In this document: positions 63,601-64,000 of the stretch, piece by piece
Position numbering within the stretch: position 1 is the first letter of the stretch
How the letters are laid out: every line of letters starts with the position of its first letter
Assembly (NCBI GenBank): GCA_013824645.1
Contig: PNOF01000006.1
Span: 6,029-70,028, forward strand
DNA from: Syntrophus sp. (in: bacteria)
GTDB lineage: Bacteria > Desulfobacterota > Syntrophorhabdia > Syntrophorhabdales > Syntrophorhabdaceae
Length of the DNA: 64,000 nucleotides
Reading direction: 5' to 3'
Translations under genes and position numbers: made by a program
The notes under the pieces: model-generated
Databases searched by the model: none
Told to the model about the DNA's origin: nothing
The model's input: only the letters and a program-made list of their open reading frames with translations

Positions 63601-64000
63601 CCGTCGAGCACCCGGAGGCATTCTTTATTATGCCCTTGCACCCTTTAGCAAAACAGGCAGCAAATGCGCTGCGAACGGAAAAACACGCGGTCGCGAATTT
63701 GCGGGTGACAAGCAATGTAGTGCCGGTAGGGACTTATGATTTTGCTATCTATCAGTGGCAGCTTCACGGGGTAAAAGAGGACTTGATAATGAAGCCTGTC
63801 GCGTCTTCAGAAACGCTTGCACCCCATCTTGCACGTCTTCTTGAAAAAGCCGAAGATGCCGGAAAGGATGGAATTAACAAAAGTGCTGATTATTCGGCCT
63901 GGGATAAGCTTGATGCCGATCACTACAAACTCTGGCTGAAGGCCCGCGAAGCGCATAGGTTAAAGACCCGGAAGCTTGTTGAATACCGCCGGGAAAGCCT
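60645..64000 (+). CDS. large SNF2-family helicase with N-terminal Swt1-like HEPN domain, 3' end outside window
   Basis: The frame is open from ATG 60645 to the window edge (absent from the ORF track for that reason). Own translation gives HEPN motif VRNRWAH (aa 95-101), SNF2 motif I [15 protein letters not shown], motif II [18 protein letters not shown], and helicase-C [15 protein letters not shown]...[23 protein letters not shown]. Confidence 0.85.
   Translation, partial: [1118 protein letters not shown]

Overview
All calls come from reading the sequence and ORF track and from remembered family motifs; no searches or folding programs were run. The window is chromosomal DNA from an anaerobe. 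Its gene content (benzoate-CoA-ligase-type enzyme, Rex, NuoEF-linked [FeFe]-hydrogenases) suggests a syntrophic or fermentative lifestyle, which is an inference.

- **1-31.5 kb, mostly housekeeping:** acs (cut by the window edge), beta-carbonic anhydrase, lgt, an L,D-transpeptidase, a KimA-type K+ transporter next to a truncated kdpD/kdpE pair, an orphan GspE/PilB ATPase, rpoH, purB, htrA, coaBC, a PBP5-like carboxypeptidase, an SPFH/NfeD pair, coaD, rsmD, an ArsA/Get3-like ATPase and a DEAD-box helicase.
- **Integron-type cassettes without an integrase:** two small islands interrupt this backbone. One is a single cassette at 16.1-16.8 kb on the minus strand. The other is an array of at least three, possibly four, cassettes at 31.7-34.9 kb on the plus strand. 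The array carries a frameshifted RelE/HigB-like toxin with an intact antitoxin, an unknown ORF plus a minimal GIY-YIG nuclease, a secreted orphan protein, and brnTA.
- **35.1-38.5 kb:** an aldehyde dehydrogenase and a benzoate-CoA ligase-family enzyme.
- **38.6-60.4 kb, a dense hydrogen-metabolism locus:** a minus-strand operon rex-hydC-hydB-hydA-hydS(PAS)-SpoIIE phosphatase faces a 13-gene plus-strand operon. That operon holds a second sensory hydrogenase-like protein with DRTGG/GHKL/PHP partners, a NuoEF set whose thioredoxin-like domains have lost all Cys ligands, and two paralogous HydA genes flanking a NuoE and a NuoF-GltD fusion.
- **60.6-64.0 kb:** the start of a large HEPN-SNF2 helicase gene that runs off the window, probably a defence island.

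I recognised no rRNA, tRNA or CRISPR array. Two GC-rich structured non-coding elements flank purB.
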